From assembly GCA_965285935.1 (NCBI GenBank), contig OZ260662.1:25234001-25298000 (forward strand): a stretch of DNA of 64,000 nucleotides, written 5' to 3'. Under the pieces are notes generated by a model. It was not told the DNA's origin. It was given only the letters and a program-made list of their open reading frames with translations, and did not search any database. Made by a program: the position numbers and the translations under genes. The stretch comes from Ophelia neglecta (Eukaryota). Below are positions 13,101-27,076 of this stretch, piece by piece. Numbering within the stretch: position 1 is the stretch's first letter; every line of letters begins with the position of its first letter.

Positions 13101-16100
13101 GAATATGAAGACACGGAACCAACCATTGTTACCATTGAGGTTCGCAGGATTTACATTTATTGGAATTAAAAGACACGTGATATTTTATGGCGACATGCAA
13201 TATATTTCCTCTGTGCTTTGCATATTCTTTATTTTGGGAATTCGTGCCTACTAATTAATATCAACCTATCGATATCTAGGGATATAATTACAAGGTAAGG
13301 TGTTATAAGAGTCCAACTCACCCAGGAAAAACTGCACGCGGTTCAGTAAACAACAGCCCAAACTCTTTTTGTATTTAACCGGGACAAACAAGGGAATAAC
13401 TATAGGAAAAACAGACGTGGCACTTTTTTTCTGTTTTCGATAATGGGATCATTTTTCAAAGGCGCAGTCATTCTGAATCCTGCCACATTCGTGGTTTATT
13501 TTGGAAAATGGTTCTAACTCAAATTTAGAAAAGAAAGATTTTTTAATTAAATTATAATTAAATTATGATTGTGGTAAAATGATCCTTTTTTCTAAACGAA
13601 AAAAAGTCATTTGAAAACGTGGTCCTTGTGTTTAAATCAGAGACCAATGCTTACAAACTCTGCTGAATAAAACGGACATTTGTATTATAAACTACTCCTT
13701 GCAACCTTGTGAAATCAAATCAGGACTGAATGCCCGGAAGAGTAAGGAGAGTAAGGAAAGAGTAAGGAAAGTCAATATTTAGTCGATGACTCTTTCCCTC
13801 CTGTCAAATGGATAATTAAGTTACCATTACTTTACCACATAGGCAGTAAAACAGTGGCTTTGAGTGACCTATTACGAAAAATTAGTCTGGTCTATTATAA
13901 ACTTTTCTAATGCATAGTTCAACTATCCTGCGTTGACTACTGTCTAGATCTTTTTGGACTAGTCTCCTGAAAAACTAGTGAGTACGTCCCATTCCAAGTC
14001 AGCTTTGTCTGCCAGGCACTCAGTGCTCTCTTCAGCATGAGTTAGTTCCGTGTTGCACTTGTCCAACCAAATGTTAAATGGCATTTATAAAGAGTTGTTC
14101 ATCGAGCTCTGTTTAATTGATGTATAATGCAATCTGATACCCCCGAATAAGGCATATTCAACAACAGTTGAACTAATCTAATAGTTCTCGACCAATAACC
14201 GCTGTTGAGCGAAAACATAATGATTACTGAATGAAACAATTACACTAGTACACTTATACAACGGTGATGTATGGATGATGATAATTATGTATTTACAAGG
14301 ATGCCATTTGTAAGGAGTCTTTTTATGAAGACCAGCCACACCTGCAACATGGAGATATTGCCGAGGGTTTTTCAGCTAGTGACGAGATTTTGGAGGGACA
14401 AGTCTCGGTTGGTGGACAAGAACATTTCTATATGGAAACGAACGGCTGTATCATTATTCCTAAAAAAGAACGCGAAGAGTTTGAGGTGTGGGTGTCAAGC
14501 CAGGGATTAGCTTATATCCAGGTATCTTTGTTTTTAGTATCATAAGAACAGCGTTCATCACTTCGAGATCATTAAACGCACCTTATCAGATCTTATGTCT
14601 TCAGAATCCCACTCATTTAGGTATTTTGTCAGAATTCATATAACTGATTGTATCATTTTCATGCCGTTTTAATATTGGTTGCTGTCTATTTTTCAGTCAA
14701 ATATTTCAGAGGCCCTCGGAATACCCATGAACAGGATAGTCGTTAAAGCTAAACGCCTGGGTAAACTGTTATTGTTTTTTCCTTAAGAAAATATGGTATA
14801 TATCAAATTGCAACTCGTACTAGATGAAATTTCTATGTCAATGCTGTGGCACAAATTAATATTGATTGCTTAATGACAGGTGGTGGCTTCGGAGGAAAGG
14901 AATTTGATCCGTCTAAAACTTGTTTAGCCGCTGTAGTGGCTGCACACAAGTACATTGATCACATTTTCTGTTTTTTTTTCCATTAAAACATTTTCCGTTC
15001 CAAAGTCTATCATGTAATGTTTATTTACTTTACGGTGCTCAACGACTTGCAATGTATTGTTCTTAAATTTAAATTAAAACGTACCTAAATGCTAATGACA
15101 GGTTAATGAAAAGATCTTTCATGACGAATGATTTAGTTATATCTGTCTTTTTTACAACCACCAGACTCAATCGACCAGTAAGATGTGTGCTTAGCCGAGA
15201 GGAGGACATGCTGATAACCGGTGCAAGGCATCCTATGTTAGCCAACTACAAAGTTGGTTTCAAAAGGTCTGGCCAAATTTCAGCTCTAGACCTGAACATC
15301 TATTGCAATGGAGGAAGCACACGTGGTTTGTCCCCTGGGGTCAGCATGCATGCCTTACCAGTTTGCTTTTGCTTCGCGAGTGTTTATATTATTTGTCTAC
15401 AAATATGATACTTCCACTAAAATGATTTACAGGTATTGATGCATACTATTCTGGCAACCAGTGGTGCATATCATATCCAACATGCCACAGTCCGTGGAAG
15501 GATTTGTAAAACCAATATTACTTCGCCTACTGCTTGCCGAGGTTTCGGCGCACCAGAGGGAACATTTATGTGTGAAACGATAATTACTCACATAGCTGAA
15601 CAACTAAGTGTTTCACAGATCATGGTAAGAGGGAAAATGGTTCCGTTTTTAGTATGTGTTTCCTGAATATATTGCTATATTTATATGCATTCATATCCAG
15701 GGATGTTTAAAATATTTTCTTTATTAGATTCGAGAACTCAATTTGATTAACGAAGATGAGAGAACAATATACAACCAACCTGCTGTTCTCGGCCAACAAC
15801 TAGCCCGTTGTTGGAATGAAGTGAAGAGACAAAGCAGCTATCTTCAAAAGAAAGATGAGATGGACATGTTTAACAGGCAGGCTATTTCAAAATTAGAATT
15901 GACTAAGTACTCAGTAAACATTTAATGAACGACCGAATAATTTGAAATAAAAGGAGTGGCATTCTTTGTTGTAATTCATAATTGTGCATAACGAATATTC
16001 ACTTGTTTGTATTCAACGCAACAGAACTAACAAATTGACTAAACGGGGATTATCCATTGTTCCTATATTGACTGGGACAGGAATTAAACCAGAGTATCCT

Positions 16101-19100
16101 AACCAGGTGAATAATTTATCATCCGATCTAATACGAATAATTACTTTATGAATCAGTACTGAACTAATACATATTCCAATATAATATGCTGGACTGCAAG
16201 CGGTTGTGAGCAAAGCATTGCTATAGAAGTGTTATTCTATTATAGATATGCAGCTTGTAAACAAATGGCCAAACATAATTACATTATAAACAATGAGTAC
16301 TTTTTTATAAACGCTTAGTACAATATGATAATATGTCATATACTAGGGCGGAGCTTTGATGCAGGTGTATCAAGATGGAACAGTGTTACTGTCTCATGGG
16401 GGAATCGAGATGGGTCAGGGAATTAACACTCTCATGGTTCAGGTATGAAGCTAAAAAATAAACAACTTTATTTGCCACCAAGAGTGAACAAGAAAACATA
16501 CACTATTATATTAGGCTCTTAACATATTTGAAACATTAACTAATTGCGGGATATTCCTATAATCTTTCAAATTAGTATATCGTGTCTTAGGTAGCCTCCC
16601 ACTTTCTAGAAATACCTACAGGACAAATCTTTACTATTGAAGCGAGCACGGACAAAGTGCCCAATTCTACGAACACAGCTGCCAGCCACACAGCCGATAT
16701 TATTGGATTTGCGGTGAAGGTAAAACTCCTAAAACAATACCTGAAATAGTTTAGAGGTGTTCTTAAGATAGTTTGTTAGCGGCACTCATGCTCTAGACGT
16801 GTAGCCATATACGTGTTAATATTTTTTATTTGTATGTTTTTATAAACGCTATACATTTATGGAGAGCTGAGGGCAATACTGTCCTATCTGCAATGCCAAC
16901 GCTACAGCAGATAGAACATTGCGTTCATCACTGGATATATCTATTTGCAAAATCCAATATCTATGAAAGTTGTAATGAAGTAGTATTTTGTTGAAAAAGG
17001 ATTAAAAAAAATTACAATTCTACGCACTATCAGCACACTGATAACTTATATTATACCGCAGAATGCTTGTGAGATATTAAAAGAAAGACTGGCGCCTTTT
17101 AAAGAAAGACTTCCAAATGGTTCGTTCAAGGATTGGGTAAGCAATCTTACGAATGCAATGAAAATACTTTAAAATTAGATCAGCTGAATACTTTATTATG
17201 TATTTTTCAACTATTCTTTTGTTCCTTAATTGTTTTTATCCTTTCTTTACATATTTCAGGTGATTGCTGCTTACATGGAAAGAGTTTGTCTTTCTGTAGC
17301 GGGTTTCGCCAAGTATGTGATTAATTGGATACTTTACAACAAAATCTGTTCAAACAGGGAAAACATTATATATTTTCAGTGGTCAATAATCTCATTTCAA
17401 TGTACATTGAAAATCGAAAAAAGTGGCAAATCATCAGATTGTGTATATAGACTGTTACATGCTTTTGAATTATTATCAGATTTGGCACATGTGATTTGGA
17501 CTTCGGGTCACTACAAGAGCCCAAGTCCTTTGAGTACCTCACATATGGAGCAGCGTGTTCATATGTAGAAATAGACTGTCTGACTGGAGAACACAAGGTA
17601 AATATCAATTTGTTGCATATGGGCTTGTTGCTACTAGATCTAGATGATTTCTCACCGCATAAATGGAATATTCTGGATTATTTATTTTTGGCCGCTGTGT
17701 ATCCTATCCCGTTCTTTATGAACTACGATTTAGTGATATGGTTTTATTTCGGCAACTTGTGTTAAAACAATATCTTAACTACCTAAAAAGCACTCCTTCG
17801 TCACTTTAAAATACCTTCCAGTATTGACAATTTATTTCTTTTTCTTTAAGCGGCGTCATCTTTGTCACACTTTTAGTGTCTATGTTCGTGAATTAATATA
17901 AGCGTATAATGTACAGCACTGTGTACCATTATTTGATCAGTCTATAATACCTTTTCCTTATTATTTTGTGCAACAGATTCTCCAAACTGATATCGTGATG
18001 GATGTCGGAAAAAGCATCAATCCAGGAATTGCTATTGGGCAGATAGAAGGAGCATTTGTACAAGTTAGAATTATGAGAACTGTTTTAATCGTTGTATAAG
18101 CTAAAAGACCCAGACTGGCTGTCACGTTAACATATCTTTGGATATGTCGTATATTTTAATCAATTTTGATATATTCAGGCAGTTCCACTTTTGTATCGTC
18201 CCACTTTTGTATCGTCCCACTTAGAGTTGGATCTATCTTCTGATATAGGGCTGGGACTGTGTTTTTTTACTCCGTCAATGCAGATAAGCGTATAAGACGA
18301 TCATAAATACGTTTATTAGCTTTCATGTTTGAATTAGGCAATATAAACATCTACTTTAAATAGGGTCTCGGATTGTACGTGTTGGAGGAATTGCCTTATA
18401 CCAGCGATGGCAAACAATTGTATATTGGCCCTCAAACCTACAAAGTACCTAGGGTTCATCATATTCCAAAACAACTTAATGTGACGCTTCTTAAGGACTC
18501 GTACAACCCGCTCGGAATATGTTCCTCTAAGGTAATTACGTGAAGGAATATATACCAATTAGGACAACGAATTAAAGATCATTACTTTGTATTTATTGTT
18601 TTTAAGGGCTTTTGTATTTGATTTGCGGATACCTGTCGATATATTTCATCAACATGCTGCAGGCCATAGGAGAACCTCCCTTTTTGTCGGCACTGTCCGT
18701 TTTCTTTGCACTAAGAGATGCAGTGATGGCGGCGCGCCAGGAAAGTGGCATTCGTAATAGTTTAGTACTTAACAGCCCACTGACCATGAACAAAATACGG
18801 ATTGCCTGTCGTAACAAAAAGTTAACCGTGGAGGTAACTAATATCTCAATGAGTTTATAAGATATGCTCCGAATGTGCTAATCTAGTTCCGTCAAGAGAG
18901 CTCTGCTAATTCCACATCTTCTCCTACCATACGTCATCGGCAAGAGCTACTTGTAGTAATTATTGTACGAATAAAGTGTAATCCAACTTTTTGGGGAGAT
19001 AAACGAAGATAGAATATAAAAAAAAACATAATATTACATTTACCATCATACACGCGATCTCTCTGGTACTTTGCTTTTACTCTTTCTTGTAGGAAAAGAA

Positions 19101-19149
19101 GAACGGTGATGACAAATTGTTACAACATAATTATCTGATAAAGCATTAG
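7163..19149 (+). CDS. XDH: Xanthine dehydrogenase/aldehyde oxidase-family molybdo-flavoenzyme (2x[2Fe-2S], FAD, Moco domains), 32 coding exons, ~1320 aa; divergent XDH-like paralog
   Basis: Exons: 7163-7213, 7780-7837, 8655-8751, 8859-8967, 9231-9357, 9526-9587, 9716-9796, 9922-10005, 10119-10257, 10686-10930, 11135-11225, 11421-11539, 11693-11856, 12110-12438, 12700-12875, 13017-13139, 14300-14521, 14697-14760, 14880-14949, 15165-15339, 15433-15624, 15728-15876, 16025-16106, 16347-16442, 16591-16719, 17062-17136, 17260-17312, 17480-17597, 17977-18063, 18364-18531, 18663-18833, 19093-19149 (3963 nt, phases compatible, no internal stop). Motifs: [95 protein letters not shown]. The last small exon is less certain (alternative stop at 18858-18860). 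The symbol denotes the family, not proven orthology. Confidence 0.95.
7838..8654 (+). other. U12-type (minor spliceosome) GT-AG intron 2 of the XDH-like gene
   Basis: 5' site GTATCCTC (U12 consensus GTATCCTT); branch-site-like TTCCTTTAC at 8638-8646; no polypyrimidine tract before AAG. Position matches the known U12 intron 2 of animal XDH/AOX genes. Confidence 0.8.
18185..18222. repeat. 16-bp tandem repeat (CCACTTTTGTATCGTC x2.4), intronic
   Basis: Directly visible in intron 29 of the XDH-like gene. Confidence 0.9.
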
Positions 19150-21289
19150 CTTTAAAACCACTATAAACAATGGTAATAGGACCACAGTTTGAGCTCAAGG
19201 GACTGAGTTATACCTGGTGATCAAATTTCGACGTGGGTAACAGCGACCGGTATAATTTTATTGTCAAAATATATGTTTGTTCCAGCTAGCAACATGTTAA
19301 TGTAATATACTAATAGCGATAGCATTTGTTATGTTTCGTGTTACACAATATATAACCTGGTCAAACACTTATTTTGAATGACCGAGGTTGATTTCCAAAG
19401 AGATATATTTGTAAAGAGGTGTGGAACATGTTAGCTAATATATTCAGCCCGTTGATGATGATGAATAAGGCCAGATGTTTTAAGCAGTATTGTACTGCTC
19501 TTCAGAATAATTTTGCAAACCCTTAACCAAGGCAAATTAGCATATACGCAGGGCAAATTTTATATGAATATATAAATAATATAAACAGTTTCATAAAGGT
19601 AGAAATTTTGTCTGGACTTTCATGGTTATAGTTGAATTCTATGATTTTGGAGATATGAATATATAATAAAACTCGACCCTTCAAAAAATATTTTGCTTCA
19701 GTCAGCACTTTCTTAGATATATAGTAATTATGATTAAGGCAAGTTATATAGACAGATGTAAAGCAACGAAAGGCAAACTAGCTCTGGACCACAAATCTTG
19801 TACCTTTCTCCCCCCCCCCCCCCACCCCCACCCCCAAACAACCCCCAACAGTTAAATGTAATCAGGAAAAACCGCCAATCATAATATAAATGACTAAATA
19901 CCTATGTAAATTTCCGATAAAGAGAAGAGTTCGGGGGCGTGGCGTCGTTTGCTGTCATATATGCGGTCGCGTCCGGCATTGTGTTGTCGGTGCGTTGGTT
20001 TGTTTACTGAAGTGTATTGGGCTTGAACCATTAATATATTATATGTCAATGCATGTTATGTGACGCCGAGATTAGTATTCAAGGTATTATATATATATAT
20101 TATTTATTTTTGATGGACCTGTTGGGCTTTGTCTTGTCTCGTAATGGCTCTCTGAGCGATCCAGCCTTATATTTGATCGACGGGGACACGTAGTTTGTGT
20201 CCTTGTGGGTCTACTGCACGGCTGGATTTGCTAAGTGTAATGTTACCCTTCACCACAGTTTCTGAAGTCATAGTTTATTACTTATTTGTTCTTTTGTCAG
20301 ATATATATCTTATCGCTTTCCCTGTCTAGTATGTCATGTTACCAAAATGGCTTCCTAATGGTAGCTCTAACGCTAGCGCATCAAATTGCTACTTAGTGAG
20401 AGTCTCCCAGTGTAAGTAGTATAGTCTTTTTATAACTTACTAAGAAATAATGATGTTGTCAATAATTTTCAATATATTAGTTCTATTGTAACATAATCAA
20501 TATATTCAAGGAATATGGCTGAATAAATAATGTCTGAGTTTGGGTCACTTATTGTGCAATATCTAACAGAGCAAAAAAAACATAGGAAATAACAGCGGTT
20601 ACAGGTGTGGAAACTCATGCATCATGATCAGGTTATCTCTTTAACGGTATATGTGCCTCTATGTTGGACAATTTATTCCTTTTTTTTTTTGGAAAATCAC
20701 TGCACTGTGTCTATACATATTTTTTTAGGCAAATCATTAGATGTCATCAAAGTGAATGAAATTACATAAAATTGGCAAACGTTTTAGGTGTGTTTTAAAA
20801 CAAACAGTACTGCACCTTTTGAGTTTACATATGAATATGGATACCAAAAATTATTGATATATTCGAAAATAGGCGACATCTGACAGCGACTTAATTTGAA
20901 TATACTGGCAGTTTCTGAAATGAATACGATAATGGATATTGATGACACATTGTTGAATGAATGAGCCTTTGAAATTGTTTCCCTTAGATAGTTCCTATAT
21001 TGTCCAACTAACGATAACTCATTTTTTTCTAGTTGAACATATTCGTTTTATTCATCTAAATCGGTGAATTAAGGAATATTCTACTTATGATTATATGAAT
21101 CAAGCAAACAGCTCCATGCGATGAATGAATCAATTAACCATGATATTGGTTGCCTATTATAGTTATTAGCCGCTAGGTGCTATGTCGACGGACCAACATT
21201 AAAATGCAATGTGTATTCACCTAAATTAAATGGATGTTGTATCTCGTGTATCCCATGAACACAAACAGTTCAGTCAAGGCGCAAAATAC

Positions 21290-24200
21290 TCATAACTTAG
21301 TAGTGCATTGAGGGTGCATATAACTCTTAGGGTGTGTGGATGGTATGGTGATTAATTTGGTCCTGACTTCAATGAAGATAGGCAGCATTAATGTGAAAAT
21401 AACCAAAATCAACATTATCCCATTAACCTGAAAAAATATAAAGGTTTGTATTATTCACAGAAAATATCCGAATGTTTGGACAATCAAAGTATTTTAAGCA
21501 CATTAATATAATTGTGTCGTCGCGTTCTCCGAGAAGTAACATTACGAACGTTTCATGAAGTTATTCTCATGCGGGTGATGTTTTTTTACGTCCCAAAACC
21601 GGTGATTCTCAGGCAATGTTGTAAACAAGTGAAAAGGGCATTTTTTAACATGTGAATCATAACGGGAGGGCGGACGGTTTATTTCGCCCATTCAGTTTAT
21701 AGTGAGAACGTGGGGGTTCTATTTTTCGCATAATTATTTTGTAAGGGGACGGGGTTTTTTTTGGCACATAAAAGGATATGTTTATGCAAATTAAAAAGGG
21801 GAAATTATAAAAGCTTTATCTTAATGTTACTTCTACCGCATGGCTTGTATGTCACTCATGAAAACTCTTTATTTGAACCATTACTAGGCGACACGTTATT
21901 GTCTTTAAAATGTCAGATGGGTTGGTGAGAAAAAGGGTAATGCGGGAAGCAAGTGATGTTATTTACTAGCTTCATGCATCAGAGGCAGACGTTTAATTTA
22001 CAAACCCAAAAATGCTGATGCGGTCAGCGAGTGACTTTTTTGGTTCTTGCTTTACAGATGCGAGCGGTGTCCTTTTCTTGTTATAAGGTAATTCATTAAA
22101 AAAAAAAGATTGCGGCGATTATGGGAGGAGGAGCCTGAGAATATCTTTGTCAACTTTAGGTGGCCTAATGCTTAATGTGTAGTAAAATAATGGTTTTTTT
22201 TATTTCAAACATTTTGACTCATATTCATACTGTTCCATTTAGTAGATCTCTTCAGTGCATATTAAGCAGAATGAAAACTTACCTTCAGAAAGTTTTGTGG
22301 CGAATCAGCCCAAAAGAAGAATGCATGCTGGAACGAACCAACCACTACGCTCACAAAATACATAAAACCGAAACATTTTCCAAATACTGCGCTGGGAAAC
22401 CTAGATAGTAAGTAGAAAAATCATATTTCGTATCTATATATCTATGGGCAGCTTAAACTAGATGAATAAGTAAACTAGGGAGATTGCATTGGCTTCTGTT
22501 GTCTGTTTCATACATAAGACAGTCTATGTTCTAAGCGTGGTCGCTTTGGCGATGGGAGAGTCACAAGCTTTGTTCCCCAAACCGTGTGTATACATTTTAA
22601 ATAACACGTTCTTTCATTAACCGAATGCTACTCGCTACTCAAATCCAAAGATCAGTTAATCGGTGGGCCTGTTTGTCTAACTGCTCCATGGATGGACAAA
22701 TGTAGGCATATACGTTCGCATGCAAGTGCCATTAATCTATCACAGTTGACCTGTAATGTTAGTTTGTTCAAATGTCACATGTTGGCACTGAGTTAATTCT
22801 TGTAGAATCTACAATATTCGCCCCGACGAATTTACTAGAATTTACTCTCATGAACTGTGAACTCGGTCTAGCCCAGCTCTGATTGGCTAGAACGTCTCGG
22901 AATTAGAACTCGTTGGTTGACGTATCGACCTGGTGAAATCGCAGATTATCAGTAACGAGCAAATTCACAGTAATACATTTTACACATAATAATCTTAAAA
23001 CACACACGTCCCTAGTATATTGTGTCAGCCTTTTTTTTCACACACAAAAACGCTGTCGCCCGAGCGTGGTACAATTTATGGCAAAGTCGGTATATTGATT
23101 ATCAGTTGGTATTAAAATAAAAAGTTCTAGAACTATCTCGGCAACTCGTTGTCATTCTGGGAAGATGAACGCGATATCCAGAAACTATTAGAAATCAGCG
23201 ATAAATATATGTACAGTGTTGTTCTTTCATCACCTAAATAAATTTAAAACAATTGCTGGAACATATATATTTAAGGCACACACAGCAGAATGTTGCTGTG
23301 CCTAATGATATAATGAATGTTATTAAGAGCATTAAAATAAATATTTCTAAGAACTCACACGAGACTGGCATAAACTAATGCGGGTCCAAAGAGCAAAGAT
23401 CTCAATAGCTGAAGAAGAATCAAATCCACATAGACCATGGCGTCACTGAAGAAGAATACACACACGGATAGGGTAATTGCGAGCGCTGATCCAATCCAGA
23501 GACATGGTGATACTGCTTTGGCCATAGACAGGAAAGGAATCTGGCTCTCAGCACCTTATGCAGAAGAATAGTATGGGATTGATAATATTGAATTTAAACT
23601 TTTTTACCGAGTTATTTGAAATACCGACAAATCAACACGAATTCCAGCGTAATTATATAATCATGATGGAGCATATGAATATATTATTTCAAAGTTAAAT
23701 TGATTTCTGTGAAAGTGAGGCTTTGCAATACTCATTTGTATGTGTTATTGGTGCTCACGTTTGCCTCGTTTAACCAACGCATCGGTCATCATTCCTGCCA
23801 AAGGTGAAACTAGTAGACTGCTGAACGTTATGTAACTAAACGCATTTGAATAAGAGCTCACTAGAAAACAAGTCGGTCCATTAATGGCATTCAATACTAG
23901 TAATCGATTGTCTTTAATCTGTCAATGCACTGGGGAATCGAGAGACGGTTATTTATTTACACTATTCTCGATTGTTTTCGTTGAAATTATTAGTCCAGTT
24001 CCAGATGTACGGTTCTTGTGTGTTTGTATATGAAATGCCATCATCTTCGTTTTGCTTTGCTTTGAGCTTGTAAGAGTCAATTATCAACACCTATTAAGCA
24101 TACATGGCAATCTGGTAATTTATATAATGATTCAACGGTTAGAGCTTCATGTTAAACGCCTTATGTCTACTGTGTCACTGCCACATTATGCCACTTGCTC

Positions 24201-27076
24201 AATCGAAGCAGTTTCTTTTACTATATGACTTTGGTGTTTAAGGATAAACTTAAAAGATTCAGCACTTTTTCATAAAAATTAAAACAATTGTGTACTTATT
24301 TATGCATAGGTCCAACATATTCATAACAAGTATTTCTACTGCATTGATGAAGTATTATAGAGAAGTCAATACTACATACCTCTGTGGACGTCGCCTTCTG
24401 TATTGGCTGAAAGCCACGTATTCATACTACCAATGAAGAAAAAGAATCTTAGTTGTAGCAGAGCAAACCAGACGGCAATTAACCACAAATAAGGCGTCTT
24501 TAAGCATGCCACAAATGTAACATCAATTCCGTCCTGGTCTGCGACACAGTCAGCAGTCAGGTCATTCACTGCAAATAAGATAATGAAACATAGAAGTGGC
24601 CACAAGCCTTATTCAGGGATCACTATTTCGCCAAAACATCAGTCATATTTAAACAATATTTTGGAATATAAACCGATGCTCTTTGGACATGTCTTTCGTA
24701 AACTACAAAACAGAATATGGCGGGGCAGGCATTTAAAACAGATAGCTGGTACTTGTTGAACAGAAAAGAAAGTACTCTTACAACACTCAAACCGGGTTGG
24801 AAGTTTAGACCGCTTGTGTCAATAGAATGGGAGTGGCAGCCAGCCCACGGAACAAGCAAATACTTATTGGACATTCAAAACGATTCATGCTGTCACATGT
24901 GCTTGCAAATAAAATTTTGTCTTCTCATTGAGATTTGGTTCTTTCAGTTTTAGAAATATGTGGAGAACATTTTCAAGCTATAAAAATGTCCTATGCAATC
25001 TGGTGAAAAAGAGGAAGTCCGCTCTTGTAAACGGCCATAACAGTGCAATAGTTAGCGGTGAATTCCAATTTGATGAAATGCATCTTCCGTTTCTTAACTT
25101 GGTCCGTCTGCATAAAAAAATTGTTTTTGAGTCAATATACTTTCAAAAACAATCACGTTGTTCTTGACTATAACAGTTTACTTACACACACCTTCTTCTC
25201 TTATCTCCATGGACACAGTTTCAATATGTTCTATTTTCTCAGAGACAATTTCACCGAGCGGTAATTTATAGCGAGGACAGCAGACGAATGTGTTGAAAAT
25301 CACTATCAGCCATGTTCCCGCCACAAACCCCAAAGACACTGGATGGCTTACGCCGTGATTCGCGTAAACCAGCTGTAGTACAAAATATAGAATGTATTCT
25401 AATGTATTCTAATTTGGAAGATCAAGTTTGGAGGCACTCAAATGAAACGCAGTTAACCTACCGAAGACACACGAGTACTACTACCCTCTATAGACTTTAC
25501 CTTCACAGCGAGATATATAACAGTGCCGGCATCAATTCCTCCAGTAAACATTGTGGTCACAGTCGCCTTCCAGGAACGTGCCGCCAAAGTCAACTAAAGA
25601 CATTTGGTAATTGTTAAATATTGGGATGCACTTTCTTCTTTGTTTTCTGGCTGCTTCTGAACACATTCAATGCTAGTGGTTTATGCTATATTCAATTAAT
25701 GGTTCGTTCAAATGAGAATGTCATTAATATCAGAATGTTGCTCTTACATGTGAAGCAGTAACAATAATGTGCATCCCAGCAATTGACACCAAAACCAGTC
25801 CGGGAAAAATCAAATAAGCAAGGTCTGAAAAGAAAGTCACTTAGAAATGATATGACAGTGTAATATCCGAAATCCAAATCTCCCCCATCACAGTGGTCAA
25901 ACTATTAAAAAGGGACTAAATACCCGAAAGTCACAACCAAATCATTGAACAAGAAGAAGGCATTAAACCGAAGTCAATCATAACCACCAGTCGCAGCACC
26001 ACATACATATAAAATATATCGTCCAAAATTGCAGTAACATAAATCAATAGTGAAAACACTTAAGTTACTTAGGCCATTTTGGATTTGATTGTTGGTGCAT
26101 ATTAGTGCATTTTGGAATATCAGTTATTAATGGTATCATGAAACGTGGCAATAACGTCGTACGGGTTTCACAGGGTTTCCGCTGCCTACTTATTCATTTC
26201 TAAGTTGTATTGAGTGATGTGATATATATGGGGCCTAAGGTTGTCTAATCTTTCGCATTGCTTGCTTTCTTTCGATATCAAAATGATCTTGTCTGTCGGG
26301 TATTAACTACCATTTATCATGTTTTCACTTGCATTTCTTTAGATGGCAGATATTAACGATGAGGTTAATGTGTAATCCAGTAAGTCCTACTTACACCCCT
26401 CTTGGGCAAATGCCAGCATCAATATCCCGGGAAGAAAGCAAACGCTGTAATTGATGTACAATTCAGGCAAGAAGTCATTTACGGAAACATTAATACGAAT
26501 TTAGTAAAAAAGAAAATAAATACATCGGTCAAAACAGAATACATTATAAGACTGTGCAATAAGTAGGTAGCCAATTCCTGTTGTGCCACTGACACACAAG
26601 GCAAATTGCTAAATCGTACATTGCCTTTTGACTGGTTTTTACAATAGGGACTCTTTACTTCTAGTAGATAGCGTAAACTTTCGCATTATATAAAGACCCA
26701 CAAAATAGGGACTAGTAGTGTTAAACATATACATTACTTACGTGGCGGATGCCCTAGTCCACCAGAATCCATACCGGTCAAATATCAGTCCTATAGGAAA
26801 GGAACTCACCTGATATGCGGCGCTTGATAGGCTGAAACATAAACTGAACATTCTCTCAACCTCAACACACCCAGAAGGGTCGGATGACTCACTTGCGTTA
26901 TTTAGCTCTGTTCTCCTCGAGTTTTCACATAGATGAGAAAAAAGACCTGCTTGTTTGTACACCAACACTAGGTTTGGCCACCCGACAAAAATCGCGGCAA
27001 AACAAACACATTCTACGAATCCTAAAACCAAGGAAGCAATGACCGTCACCTGGCTTCTTTTTGCCATCGTTACCAT
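21290..27076 (-). CDS. SLC43A3: SLC43A3/ENBT1-like MFS transporter, copy A (10 coding exons, ~494 aa, intact, divergent from C/D/E)
   Basis: Exons: 27076-26742, 26444-26395, 25824-25748, 25593-25501, 25372-25186, 24568-24380, 23860-23759, 23554-23359, 22400-22283, 21427-21290; all GT-AG and in phase. SLC43 motifs: GFVECVCFAAIFVGWPNLVLVYK..GLFSHLC, FSLCFSL, FPIGLIFDRYG, WFALLQLRFFFFIGSMN, YSNAFSYITF, PLAGMMTD, FPSAVFGK. Ends ...CTTKL*. Confidence 0.9.

Noticed and set aside
13400-14250. Hidden gene or transposon in the 1.16-kb XDH-like intron 16
   Set aside because: No sustained ORF, motif or termini recognised; only a short GAGTAAGGA repeat near 13740-13771.
14522-14696. Second U12 intron (donor GTATCTTT)
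   Set aside because: No U12 branch motif; ordinary pyrimidine tract plus CAG.
21560-23110. Possible non-autonomous DNA transposons in copy A introns (similar patches near 3230-3480 and 29310-29460)
   Set aside because: Composition is suggestive, but no TIRs or TSDs could be defined without a repeat library.
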